A DNA stretch of 64,000 nt from Nitrospirota bacterium (lineage in GTDB: Bacteria; Nitrospirota; UBA9217): contig CAVVOB010000030.1 in the NCBI GenBank assembly GCA_963749655.1, positions 160,001 through 224,000 of the forward strand, given 5' to 3'. The position numbers and the translations under genes were made by a program. Positions 9,636-19,547 of the stretch are shown in pieces (positions within the stretch are counted from its first letter, which is position 1; each line of letters starts with the position of its first letter). The notes under the pieces are model-generated. The model was not told where the DNA came from, did no database searches, and saw only the letters and a program-made list of their open reading frames with translations.

Positions 9636-11015
9636 CTATTTACATCCTTCCCTGTTTTTCGTCGCGCTTCTGAGCGCCGCAAGGGCGCGCACGGCGCGTT
9701 CAGGCGAGGGATATACGGGAATGCCGAGCTTCAGCAAGGCATTCATGGCCTCCCGTGTATAGCCCAGGCCCTGGAGAATGCAGCAGGTCACCGGTTTCTT
9801 TGCCTCATGGCACGCCCGGGCGATCTCTTCGGTGGCCTCTTCCGTTACCGTGGTTGCTCCCATGAGCACGATGACGATGGCGGCGTCATAATAGGGCAGC
9901 GCTTCCCTGAGGGCCGTTCGGTAGTCCCCGTTGGCGCCGCTGCCGGTGATGTCGATGGGATTGTTCTTTACGAAATAAGGAGGAAAAGCGCTGTCCAGCT
10001 TTGCCCGCGCTTCCTCGGGCATGCGGGGCATGGTAAAGCCTTCCCGCTCCGCCTGGTCCGACGCGGCGACGGCCATGCCGCCGCCGTTCGTGACTACGAG
10101 CAGCCGGTTCCCTACGCAGGGATAGTCCATGAGCGCGACGGCCTTTGCCGCATCGATCATGTGGTCGAACCCGAAGGCCTCCACGGCGCCCGCCTGGCGG
10201 AAGGCCGCTTCGTAGAGCCCGTAGGTCCCGGCGAGCGTTGCCGTGTGGGACGCCACAGCTGCTGCGCCCATCGAATGCTTTCCCGCCTTCCAGACGACGA
10301 GAGGTTTTTTGGACGCGAACGCCTTTGCCGCGTTCAGGAATTTTCTGCCGTCGGCCACCGATTCCATGTACATCGCGACCGCGCCGGTCAGGGGGTCTTC
10401 GGCAAGATAGTCGAGCGCATCGGCGTCATCGATGTCCAGCCGGTTCCCGTAGTTGATCGCCTTGGCAATGCCCAGGCCGTCTCGGGCGAGGGCTTCCATG
10501 AGGATGACGGTGATCGCGCCGCTCTGGGAGATGATGGACAGCCGTCCCTGCGTGGGGCGCGAAACCCGTTCGCGGGACACGAAAAAGCTGTCGAGGCCGT
10601 TGTCCGTGTTGTAGATGCCCAGCGCATTCGGCCCGATGACGCGGATCCCGTATTGTTTCGTCAGGTCCGCGATGCGCTGCTGCAGCCTCGTTCCCTCGTC
10701 TCCGGCCTCGGCATAGCCCGAACTGATGAGGATGATCCTACGGATGCCTTTGTCGCGCACCGCCTCGAGCTCCTGTTCCACGAGCCGCGCCGGCAGGGCG
10801 ATGATGGCAAGGTCTATCTCGTCGGGGACATCCCTGAGCGCGGGATAGCAGTGATGGCCCAGGAGCGTCCGGTGCTTCGGATTCACGGGGTAAACCGCAC
10901 CCTTGAAATGGGCGAGGTTTTCGAGAATGGCAGTGCCGGGCTTGGACGGGTTGTCCGTCGCACCGATCAAAGCAACGGTCCGGGGATAGAAAAAACCTTG
11001 GAGATCATGGGCCAT
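9636..11015 (-). CDS. ADP-forming acyl-CoA synthetase alpha subunit (CoA-binding + ligase domains)
   Basis: VALIGAT, IGPNALG, SQSGA, ASHTATLAG phospho-His motif, NNPIDITG. Confidence 0.9.
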   Translation of the reverse strand: MAHDLQGFFYPRTVALIGATDNPSKPGTAILENLAHFKGAVYPVNPKHRTLLGHHCYPALRDVPDEIDLAIIALPARLVEQELEAVRDKGIRRIILISSGYAEAGDEGTRLQQRIADLTKQYGIRVIGPNALGIYNTDNGLDSFFVSRERVSRPTQGRLSIISQSGAITVILMEALARDGLGIAKAINYGNRLDIDDADALDYLAEDPLTGAVAMYMESVADGRKFLNAAKAFASKKPLVVWKAGKHSMGAAAVASHTATLAGTYGLYEAAFRQAGAVEAFGFDHMIDAAKAVALMDYPCVGNRLLVVTNGGGMAVAASDQAEREGFTMPRMPEEARAKLDSAFPPYFVKNNPIDITGSGANGDYRTALREALPYYDAAIVIVLMGATTVTEEATEEIARACHEAKKPVTCCILQGLGYTREAMNALLKLGIPVYPSPERAVRALAALRSATKNREGCK

Positions 11016-11218
11016 AGTAAAAAAATAGCATCTTATCCTATGAATGTAAAGCATTGTTGAAGAAAACCTGCGGCCGGGAGGGCGATACGGACAGGGGGAA
11101 TTCGTCCTTCTTCCGGAGGTTTCAGAAAGGAATTGCGGGATGCCGAAAGAGCGCCTTTTTGCTGCTTCCGGACGATGATTTTATAAATAAAAATGTAAAC
11201 CCTATTGTAAAAAAAAAT

Positions 11219-11248
11219 TTGACAACAGGCAGGCCTGCGCCGTATAGT
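11219..11248 (+). promoter_or_regulatory. Sigma70-like promoter for the two-CW protein
   Basis: TTGACA-N18-TATAGT preceded by an A-rich UP-like tract. Confidence 0.6.
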
Positions 11249-11325
11249 ATGCATCCAAAAATCGTCCTGCCGGACCGGTTCCGACAGTCCGATCAATCCG
11301 TTATTTTTTGTGAGGTGTCGTTTTC

Positions 11326-11685
11326 ATGAAGCTGGAAGATATTGCGATGAAGAGTCAGGGAATTGGAAGAAAAAACTGCTGGGAGCACAAGAACTGCGGC
11401 CGCTACCCCGGCGGCCCCCGGGCGCAGGAGCTGGGTATCTGCCCCGTTACCACGCACGAGGAACTTCACGGCGCGCACGGCGGCCGGAATGCGGGCAGGG
11501 CCTGTTGGGTGATAGCCGGGTCGCTTTGCGGCGGCAAGATCCAGGGGACCTATGCGCAGAAGCTGTCGAACTGCTGGCGCTGCGATTTTTTCAACGCCGT
11601 CAAGCAGGAAGAAGACCCCACGCAGCACGGCTTCTCCGCGACCCGCCTCGGAATGGAGCGGGTCATTGAGAAGGTGAAGGGGTAA
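11326..11685 (+). CDS. Two-CW domain Cys-rich protein
   Basis: NCWEHKNCG...CP...GGRNAGRACW..AGSLCGG...CWRCDFF. Confidence 0.8.
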   Translation: MKLEDIAMKSQGIGRKNCWEHKNCGRYPGGPRAQELGICPVTTHEELHGAHGGRNAGRACWVIAGSLCGGKIQGTYAQKLSNCWRCDFFNAVKQEEDPTQHGFSATRLGMERVIEKVKG

Positions 11686-11934
11686 GGAAGCGGTAAACGG
11701 TCAGCACTCGGCCGTCAGTTTGAGGCTGTGTCTTTCGAATGCTGCACAATGACTGGATTCCTGCTTTCGCACGAATGACGCCCCTGTTCACAAGCAGCGT
11801 AGAGGCGTAGAGATGCTCCTCATGATGTACGGAACAGCTCCCTCAAGCCCGGCACCAAGTCATTTACCATCTGACTGCTGCCTCATATGATCAGCATCAT
11901 AGCGCGAAATTCCTGCGCGGTGTAGTATGGTATC

Positions 11935-12942
11935 GTGAAATCAAGCAGAACATACCTGCGCCCGCTTCGCTACCTGGTGCAGGCCGGATTCCTCCTCCTC
12001 ACGCTGTTCATCGGCTACCGATTCTACCAGTTCGTCCAGTATTACGAGGCGCCGGGCCATGCTTTTGTGGAGCGTCCGTCCTCGGTGGACGCCTTCCTGC
12101 CCATCGGCGGGCTCATGGCCTTCAAGTACTTCTTCCTGACCGGCACCGTGGACCCGGTCCATCCCTCTGGCTTCATCATGTTCGTCGCCATCCTCGGCGT
12201 TTCCCTTGTCATGAAGAAGGGCTTCTGCGGCTGGATCTGCCCCATCGGGACCGTGTCGCAGTACGTCTGGATGGCGGGGGAAAGGATCTTCGGCCGAAAC
12301 TTCAGGATCGCCGGGTTCACGGATATCTCGCTCCGTTCGTTCAAGTACGTGCTCATGGGCCTGTTCCTTCTCTTCATCGGCGTCATGCCGATGTGGTCCA
12401 TGGCCATGTTCTTCATCGGCGACTACTATAAGACTGTGGACGTGCGCATGATGAAGTTCTTTACCGAGATGACCACGGTCACGATGTGGGTGCTGATCGC
12501 GCTTGGCGGGCTTTCTCTTCTGTACAAGAACTTCTGGTGCCGGTACCTCTGCCCCTACGGCGCGCTGGCCGGCCTCTTGAGCAAGCTGAGCCCCGTCAAG
12601 ATCCGGCGCAACGAGGAAAAATGCGCCCACTGCCATGCCTGCACGACCCACTGCCCCACCAATATCGACGTGGAGAAGGAGACGGTCGTTGCGTCGGCGG
12701 AGTGCTTCGGCTGCCTCACCTGCGTGAGCCGATGCAAAGCAGCAGGCGCGCTCGATCTCACCGTGACCGCCGGGAAAAAGACCTCCGTCGTCAAACCCTG
12801 GCTCTTTCCGATTGCACTGCTCGCGCTGTTCTATCTCGTGGTCGGCCTGGGCATGGCGACCGGCAAGTGGCACTCGAAAGTTCCTGAAGAGGACTACAAA
12901 CAGTTGATCCCGGAAGTGCAGAAGGAATATTCACAGCAATGA
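11935..12942 (+). CDS. 4Fe-4S binding membrane protein (NapH/MauN/YccM-like)
   Basis: FCGWICPIG and WCRYLCPYG motifs, two CxxCxxCxxxC clusters, several TM helices. Confidence 0.88.
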   Translation: MKSSRTYLRPLRYLVQAGFLLLTLFIGYRFYQFVQYYEAPGHAFVERPSSVDAFLPIGGLMAFKYFFLTGTVDPVHPSGFIMFVAILGVSLVMKKGFCGWICPIGTVSQYVWMAGERIFGRNFRIAGFTDISLRSFKYVLMGLFLLFIGVMPMWSMAMFFIGDYYKTVDVRMMKFFTEMTTVTMWVLIALGGLSLLYKNFWCRYLCPYGALAGLLSKLSPVKIRRNEEKCAHCHACTTHCPTNIDVEKETVVASAECFGCLTCVSRCKAAGALDLTVTAGKKTSVVKPWLFPIALLALFYLVVGLGMATGKWHSKVPEEDYKQLIPEVQKEYSQQ

Positions 12943-13178
12943 GTTCAATCCTGACGTTTTGATTCTTTGATGCGCCATTTCCGCAACGCACTGCGCATTT
13001 TTCGGCTCGACATCTCCAGGCGCAATTCTTTCTCTGCCGGCTTCCTTCCCTTTTTCTATATTGCGGACCATCACCGGACAACGGACAATCGCCAGGTAGG
13101 AGAAGCGCGTCCAAATCTCTCTTGCATTTTCTCATGATCTATAATATTCTTGTTTATCAAAGGAAAAGGACGCCATCG

Positions 13179-13496
13179 ATGACAGAGAAGGACGCAGAAA
13201 TAGCGCGGGAGCTCAAACAGAGGCTGTCGGCGGAGGTCGGGTTGATAGACTTCAAAGTTTTCGGCTCGCGCGCGCGGGGCGACGCAGACGAATATTCGGA
13301 CATGGATGTTTTTGTCGAGTTGGAATCACTGGACGGCGCTCTGAAGGCAAAAATCTCCGACATCGTGTGGGAAGTGGGTTTCCGACACGACATGGTCATT
13401 GTGCCCCTGATTTTCACTCGTTACGAGATTGAAGATTCACCTCTTCGCTCCTCCGCCATTGTAAAAAACATTGCAGAAGAAGGGGTCGCTGTATGA
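13179..13496 (+). CDS. Minimal nucleotidyltransferase (MNT antitoxin)
   Basis: FGSRARGD...SDMDVFV motif. Overlaps the HEPN gene (ATGA). Confidence 0.9.
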   Translation: MTEKDAEIARELKQRLSAEVGLIDFKVFGSRARGDADEYSDMDVFVELESLDGALKAKISDIVWEVGFRHDMVIVPLIFTRYEIEDSPLRSSAIVKNIAEEGVAV

Positions 13497-13894
13497 CGGA
13501 CAGCGAGGCGCTTCTCGCATTCCGGATGCGCGAGGCCGAGGAAACCCTCAGGGACGCCGAGAGAATGCTGGAAAGCGGCCTCAGTCCCCGCTCGATCGCG
13601 AACCGGGCCTATTATGCTATGTTTTATTCCGTGCTGGCGCTCTTTCTGAAGGCGAACGTCGCAATTAAAACCTCTAAACATGCGGGAGTCATATCAGTAT
13701 TCGACAAGGAGTTCGTCCATACCGGGATGATTGACGCGCATTTCTCGAAAATCCTCCACAAAACCTTTGAAGCACGCCAAACCATCGACTATAAAGAACT
13801 TGTTGAAGTCACCGTTGAAGAAGCCGCAGTCCACGTCAAGGGAGCGCGGGAATTCCAGTCCGCCGTGAGGAAGTTTATCGCGGCATCCAGGTGA
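13493..13894 (+). CDS. HEPN domain protein
   Basis: NRAYYAMF, SKHAGVISVF, RQTIDY. Paired with MNT. Confidence 0.9.
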   Translation: MTDSEALLAFRMREAEETLRDAERMLESGLSPRSIANRAYYAMFYSVLALFLKANVAIKTSKHAGVISVFDKEFVHTGMIDAHFSKILHKTFEARQTIDYKELVEVTVEEAAVHVKGAREFQSAVRKFIAASR

Positions 13895-13932
13895 CGCGCT
13901 CCCATTGCAGGCACGGGGAACCCGGGTGATTT

Positions 13933-16900
13933 ATGCATGATAATGTGATCGAACATTATTTAAACGACCTGTCGGAGGTCCGGGGCACTCATGCCAATGC
14001 TCCCGAGACTTCCTTTTATCCCGCCCTGGAACAACTCCTCACCTCAATTGGAAAAGGCCTGAACCCGAAAGTCAGATGCGTCATTAATCTCGCAAACCGG
14101 GGCGCGGGCTTGCCCGATGGCGGATTGTTTACCGCTGACCAGTTCGGACGGAAGGCGCGAACTGCCGAGGACAAGGACAATCCCTTTCTTGCTCAAAATC
14201 CGTCGCGCGGCGTGATAGAGGCAAAGCCGCCGAGCGCCGATGTCAACAAAATTGCTGGCTCGGAGCAAGTTGGACGCTACTGGAAACGGTACGGGATGGT
14301 GCTCGTTACGAACTTCCGGTCCTTCGCGCTCATTGGAAAAAGCGCAACAGGGCAGCCTGCCGTTCTGGAAGCCTTCTCCCTGGCGGATTCTGAAAAAGAG
14401 TTCTGGCAGCTGGCTGCCCAGCCGCGAAGGACGGCGACTGAACGGGGCGAGCGCATGCTGGAATATCTGCGGCGCGTGCTTCTCCACAACGCGCCCCTGA
14501 CCGAGCCGAAAGACGTGGCCACGATCCTTGCCTCCTATGCCCATGACGCGCGGCTGCGGATCGAACATGCCGAGCTGCCTGCCCTGGAGAACCTGCGCAA
14601 AGCGCTCGAAGATTCTCTCGGCTTGCATTTCGAAGGTGAAAAGGGCGAGCACTTCTTCCGATCTACCCTCGTGCAGACGCTCTTCTACGGCGTCTTCTCG
14701 GCCTGGGTCCTCTGGGCCCGAAAGAAGGACGCCGGACCTCCGAAGAAGACGACCTTTGCCGATAAAATTCACGAGACGCAGGCGCCCTACGCGGTTTCCG
14801 GTCCCTTTGACTGGAAGTCGGCCCACTGGCTTCTTCGCGTGCCGATGCTCCGTGCGTTGTTCGTGCAGGTGGCGGACCCCGCCCGCCTCGGTTCCCTCGG
14901 CCTCATCGAGGTCCTCGATTGGTCTGCTGCGGCTCTGAACCGCGTGGATCGCGCGGCCTTCTTCCGTTCCTTTGACGAAGGCCATGCAGTGCAATACTTC
15001 TATGAGCCCTTCCTGCACGCCTTTGATCCTGAACTGCGCAAGGAACTCGGCGTCTGGTACACTCCCGAGGAAATCGTCAAGTACCAGGTCGAGCGCGTAG
15101 ACGCCGTTCTCCGGTCGGAGCTTAAACTGGCCGACGGTCTCGCTGATCCGGACGTCGTTGTTCTCGATCCATGCTGCGGCACCGGCGCATACCTCCGTGC
15201 TGTTCTTCGCCGCATTGCTGTCACGCTGCATGAAAAGGGCGGTGATGCCCTTGTTGCGAACGACCTCAAAAAGGCGGCAATGGAACGGGTCTTCGGCTTC
15301 GAGATCCTTCCGGCCCCTTTCGTAATCGCCCATCTTCAACTCGGCCTGGAACTTGAAACCCTTGGCGCGCCGTTGAGCGACGTCGGCGATCCTCCCGAGC
15401 GCGCAGGGGTCTTTCTTACCAACGCCCTCACCGGTTGGGAACCGCCCAAGGAAAAGCCGAAACAGATAGCCTTCCCCGGTTTCGATGCCGAGCGCGATGC
15501 TGCGGGCAAAGTGAAGCAGGAGAAAACGATCCTCGTTATAATCGGCAATCCGCCTTATAACGCATTCTCCGGTGTCAGTCCGGAGGAAGAGAACGGTCTT
15601 GTCGAGCTTTACAAAAAAGGGTTGACCTCCGAATGGGGTATTAAGAAATACAATCTTGACGATCTCTACATCCGTTTTTTCCGCCTTGCCGAAAAGCGCA
15701 TCGCCGAGTTCAGTGGCCGAGGAGTAGTTTCATTTATTTCGAATTTTTCGTACCTTGGCGACTCTTCGTTCGTCGTCGCGCGTCGCAGGTTCCTCGATGA
15801 ATTCGATACGCTCTGGCTTGACTGCATGAACGGTGATAGCCGTGAAACGGGCAAACAGACGCCCGAAGGCAAGCCTGACCCATCGGTATTTTCGACGGAA
15901 TGGAACCGCGAAGGCATCCGCGTTGGCACTGCCATTAGTTTACTCGTGAAACGAGGCCGCGCCCATGAAGCGGACGCATTGGTTCGTTTTCGCAACTTTT
16001 GGGGGGTAGCGAAACGCGCCGATCTCGTCGCCAGTCTTGATGCAGGGGATTTCAATTCGCAATACGAGACGTCCAATCCGCAGAAAGATAACCGCTGGTC
16101 CTTCCGACCCTCGGACATAACGTCCGCATATCTAGCATGGCCGAGGTTGACCGATCTTTGCGCGGTAGCCCCGAGTAATGGATTAATGGAAAAGCGCGGC
16201 GGCGCGCTCATGGACGATGACCGTCATGCGCTCGAAGTACGCATGAAGCGCTACTTCGACAAGAGCATCTCTTTCGACGAACTGAAGAGTGAGGGGCATC
16301 CGCTAACGCACGATGCCGCACGGTATGACGCAAGGAGTGCTCGCGCTAAGATTGTTGAGATTGAGGGATTCAATACCGGACGACTATGGCGATATGCTCT
16401 GCGCCCCTATGATAGAACGTGGTGCTATTTCACACCAGTTCGTCCGATTTGGAATGAGCCTCGTCCAGCGCTCTGGCCGCAGTGTTGGGCGGGTAACGGA
16501 TTTTTGCTGTCGCGTTTCAACCGCTCCAAGGATTCTGAGGGGGTGCCGTTCTATTTCGTCGGGGGACTTAGCGACGATCATCTGCTCGCGCCCGACGCGG
16601 CGGCTTTCGCATTTCGGCTTAAAGATAGGTCCACGCAGCAGGTTGGTATTGATGGGCATGAAAAGCTGGCCCTCCCTGGGATGGAACATGACCCAGAAAA
16701 AATCACTGCAAACTTGTCTCCCTCTGCCCGCGCTTATCTCACGTCACTCGGCTTGCCTGACCCAGACGCAGGCCAAGCAACCGCAGAGCTGGTCTGGTAT
16801 CACTCGCTTGCTATAGGCTATTCAGTCGTCTATCTTGCCGAGAATGTAGACGGTATAGGGCAGGACTGGCCGCGAATTCCGCTTCCGAAGGCGAAGGACT

Positions 16901-17415
16901 CATTGCTCGCCTCGGCAACTTTAGGGCAGCAAATTGCGGCTTTGTTAGACACGGAGGCACCGGTTCCCGGCGTTACAACCGGGAAGATTCGAGATGAGTT
17001 GAAAAGCATCGCGGTCTTTCAGCGCGTGGACGGCAAACCCGCAAACCCTGACACTGCCGATTTGGATTTGACCGCGGGGTGGGGTCACGGCGGGAAGGGC
17101 GGCGTTACCATGCCCGGCAAAGGGAAAGTTATTAGTCGGAGCGACGGGGCATACGATATCTACCTCAACGACGACGCATGCTGGCGCAACGTGCCCGAGG
17201 CGGTGTGGGACTACACCATCGGCGGTTATCAGGTCATCAAGAAGTGGCTGTCGTACCGCGAAAAGCCGCTTCTTGGCCGTGGCCTGACCTCTGAGGAAGT
17301 TCGCTACGTGACGGAGATGGCGCGGCGGATAACGGCGTTGATTGCTTTGCAGACATCCTTGGACGACAACTACCGGAATGTGATCAAGGCGACTTATTCT
17401 TGGAAAAACCAGTAG
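13933..17415 (+). CDS. Fused restriction-modification enzyme (type IIG / type ISP-like N6-adenine MTase with N-terminal nuclease and C-terminal TRD; no helicase)
   Basis: GLPDGG...VIEAK nuclease motif, YFYEPFL, GVWYTP, LDPCCGTG motif I, GNPPY motif IV, C-terminal VWDYTIGGYQVIKKWLSYR. Confidence 0.88.
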   Translation: MHDNVIEHYLNDLSEVRGTHANAPETSFYPALEQLLTSIGKGLNPKVRCVINLANRGAGLPDGGLFTADQFGRKARTAEDKDNPFLAQNPSRGVIEAKPPSADVNKIAGSEQVGRYWKRYGMVLVTNFRSFALIGKSATGQPAVLEAFSLADSEKEFWQLAAQPRRTATERGERMLEYLRRVLLHNAPLTEPKDVATILASYAHDARLRIEHAELPALENLRKALEDSLGLHFEGEKGEHFFRSTLVQTLFYGVFSAWVLWARKKDAGPPKKTTFADKIHETQAPYAVSGPFDWKSAHWLLRVPMLRALFVQVADPARLGSLGLIEVLDWSAAALNRVDRAAFFRSFDEGHAVQYFYEPFLHAFDPELRKELGVWYTPEEIVKYQVERVDAVLRSELKLADGLADPDVVVLDPCCGTGAYLRAVLRRIAVTLHEKGGDALVANDLKKAAMERVFGFEILPAPFVIAHLQLGLELETLGAPLSDVGDPPERAGVFLTNALTGWEPPKEKPKQIAFPGFDAERDAAGKVKQEKTILVIIGNPPYNAFSGVSPEEENGLVELYKKGLTSEWGIKKYNLDDLYIRFFRLAEKRIAEFSGRGVVSFISNFSYLGDSSFVVARRRFLDEFDTLWLDCMNGDSRETGKQTPEGKPDPSVFSTEWNREGIRVGTAISLLVKRGRAHEADALVRFRNFWGVAKRADLVASLDAGDFNSQYETSNPQKDNRWSFRPSDITSAYLAWPRLTDLCAVAPSNGLMEKRGGALMDDDRHALEVRMKRYFDKSISFDELKSEGHPLTHDAARYDARSARAKIVEIEGFNTGRLWRYALRPYDRTWCYFTPVRPIWNEPRPALWPQCWAGNGFLLSRFNRSKDSEGVPFYFVGGLSDDHLLAPDAAAFAFRLKDRSTQQVGIDGHEKLALPGMEHDPEKITANLSPSARAYLTSLGLPDPDAGQATAELVWYHSLAIGYSVVYLAENVDGIGQDWPRIPLPKAKDSLLASATLGQQIAALLDTEAPVPGVTTGKIRDELKSIAVFQRVDGKPANPDTADLDLTAGWGHGGKGGVTMPGKGKVISRSDGAYDIYLNDDACWRNVPEAVWDYTIGGYQVIKKWLSYREKPLLGRGLTSEEVRYVTEMARRITALIALQTSLDDNYRNVIKATYSWKNQ

Positions 17416-17417
17416 GA
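17368..17417 (+). repeat. Copy 1 of a 50-bp direct repeat (3' end of the R-M gene)
   Basis: 43/50 nt identical to 24028-24077 by manual alignment. Confidence 0.85.
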
Positions 17418-17501
17418 GTGGAAATCTTGCATATTGATTAGTAAGCAGGCTCCATTTTACTTCATCGGCGAAGCCTATGCGTCACGTGGCCACACAAAAA
17501 G

Positions 17502-18434
17502 ATGAACAATCTTATCGATAATGCTCTTACTGCTGAAAGAGAATCAAAGCGTATTGACTTTAAATCCAAAGTCGATTTATCAGAGCCGGGCGTGTGGTGT
17601 GAGTTTATCAAAGATATTGTAGCAATGGCAAATAGTGGAGGCGGGTCTCTTGTCATCGGTTGCGATAACAAGGGGAATCCTATAGGTTCGGATATATCCA
17701 GCGTTTTATCACTCGATCCAGCCTCGATTACGGACCAGGTGTATAAATACACAGGTGTGCAATTTAGCAAAGTTGAGATTGTCGAAAAAATAAAGCAGCG
17801 CCACCGTGTGGCAATTATTCTTATCCAACCCGTTAATGTGCCAATCGTTTTTACAAAGCCGGGCACATACCGCATCGATGACAAAAATCAGAAGACGGCT
17901 TTTGCAGCTGGTACTGTGTACTTTCGCCACGGGGCAAAAAGTGAGCCGGGCAATACAGAAGACTTACGAGGTGTGCTTGAGAAGCAAATTGAGGACGTTC
18001 GAAAATCATGGCTGAAAGGCCTACGCAAAGTTGTTTCCGCACCTCCCGGCAGCAATGTCTACACTTTCCCTCCTTCTGTTGAGGTTAAAGAAACATTATC
18101 TCCGGATGCTAAGGCGATCAGAATTGTAGATGATCCCGATGTGCCTGCCTATAGAAAGATAAGTCCTGACATATCACATCCAAAACGACAAAAGGACGTA
18201 ATCGAGCAGGTAAATAAAGCGTTGCCTGAGTCAGATAAAATTAATCTATACGACATTCAATGCATAAAAAGACTTTATAACATTGAATCGAACTATGCCT
18301 ATTGCCACAGGAGTAAGTTTGCAGGTTTTCCACAATATTCAGAGTTATTTATCAAGTGGATAATTTCAGAGTACAATAAAGATAAACATTTTTTTCGCAG
18401 TAGTCGGGAGAAGGCCCTGCAAATTAACAAATAG
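17502..18434 (+). CDS. AlbA_2 (Schlafen-like) domain protein with C-terminal DUF3644/EC042_2821-like domain
   Basis: ESKRIDFKS...KDIVAMANSGGGSLVIG.D N-terminus. C-terminal HPKRQKDVI...QYSELFIKWI. Confidence 0.8.
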   Translation: MNNLIDNALTAERESKRIDFKSKVDLSEPGVWCEFIKDIVAMANSGGGSLVIGCDNKGNPIGSDISSVLSLDPASITDQVYKYTGVQFSKVEIVEKIKQRHRVAIILIQPVNVPIVFTKPGTYRIDDKNQKTAFAAGTVYFRHGAKSEPGNTEDLRGVLEKQIEDVRKSWLKGLRKVVSAPPGSNVYTFPPSVEVKETLSPDAKAIRIVDDPDVPAYRKISPDISHPKRQKDVIEQVNKALPESDKINLYDIQCIKRLYNIESNYAYCHRSKFAGFPQYSELFIKWIISEYNKDKHFFRSSREKALQINK

Positions 18435-18567
18435 AATCATGTTTTTGGAAAGTACGGCCACGGAATAGAGGGCAGTTCGACTTTCCCACCGCGCGGTTGT
18501 GCCAAGAGGAATAGTGTCAGAACTTCAAATCTGCAACTTTTGCGAATTGTTTGGATTTAATTCGAGA

Positions 18568-19419
18568 ATGAATCCTGTAGGAAGGCTACAATTAAAGATT
18601 GATTCCAATATTTATCCGCAAGGGTTTGAATTTATAGTTGGCAATCGATACGGCAACATAGAAATCGCAAAGCATATTGACGATTTAGCCCTCGTTTATT
18701 ACAATGACGCGGGCACTTTGGTTCTTCACATGTTTGTGCCTAAGGGAACCGCAAAGAAGACCCTTGTAAATTGTATTCCAGAAAAAAATCTCTACAGGTA
18801 CAGCAAGTTTGAATACTTGACTGATGCCCGCAACAATGGCCATTTCTTCATTTTCCCGGCGCTTGAATACATTAAGAAGGAATATGACGCTGCTAGAAGA
18901 GACAATGAATTGGTGCATGAAAAGAAGGTGGCGCCAGAGACTGTAACCATAACAACGAAAAACGGGATTCCAATTATCCCAAAGGGCGATGTCACCTTCT
19001 CGGACATTTTTCTCGCTATAGATTCATATATACTGTGCTTTGCATACGACTATGATGAAGGACTCTATGAAGAATTCAAAGATTCCGATGCTTGTCTTGT
19101 GATTCATGATGTGAAAGAATTTACTGCTAGGGTTCATACTGCCTTCACAAAGGCGATGCCATCGCATGTTGGTGCGGACGGAAGAGTGACATATGGCAAG
19201 CATCGAAGTAATCTTGGGGTTCTTTTCTCAAAACCCAAAAGTCATATTTATCAGCGAGAGTATCGGTTTTCCTGGATACCAATGGCTCCTGCGCGTCTAC
19301 TTGATCCAATGGCCCTTATTGACAAAAATCTAGGTGAAATACGAGCCATTATCCCACCGCCTGTTGAGATCTATGCGGGCTCACTCACCGATATTACGAG
19401 TCTTATAATCCGTAGGTAA
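18568..19419 (+). CDS. Hypothetical protein, C-terminal half resembling DUF2971-like proteins
   Basis: LYRYSK, ILCF, VTY, FSKPKSHIYQREYRF motifs. Low GC. Start uncertain (18499 or 18568). Confidence 0.55.
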   Translation: MNPVGRLQLKIDSNIYPQGFEFIVGNRYGNIEIAKHIDDLALVYYNDAGTLVLHMFVPKGTAKKTLVNCIPEKNLYRYSKFEYLTDARNNGHFFIFPALEYIKKEYDAARRDNELVHEKKVAPETVTITTKNGIPIIPKGDVTFSDIFLAIDSYILCFAYDYDEGLYEEFKDSDACLVIHDVKEFTARVHTAFTKAMPSHVGADGRVTYGKHRSNLGVLFSKPKSHIYQREYRFSWIPMAPARLLDPMALIDKNLGEIRAIIPPPVEIYAGSLTDITSLIIRR

Positions 19420-19547
19420 AGTGTGCGTAGCTGAACCCACAACCTGGATAATCTTGTGTGGCTTCGCAAATTTATTATTGGTGGCCACTAATCGTGGCCA
19501 ATGAATTATAAATTGACTTTTACCATTCAATATGGTTTAGTAATCAT

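Noticed and set aside
12945-13120. Possible transposase C-terminal remnant on the minus strand
   Set aside because: Too short and degenerate to support from sequence alone.
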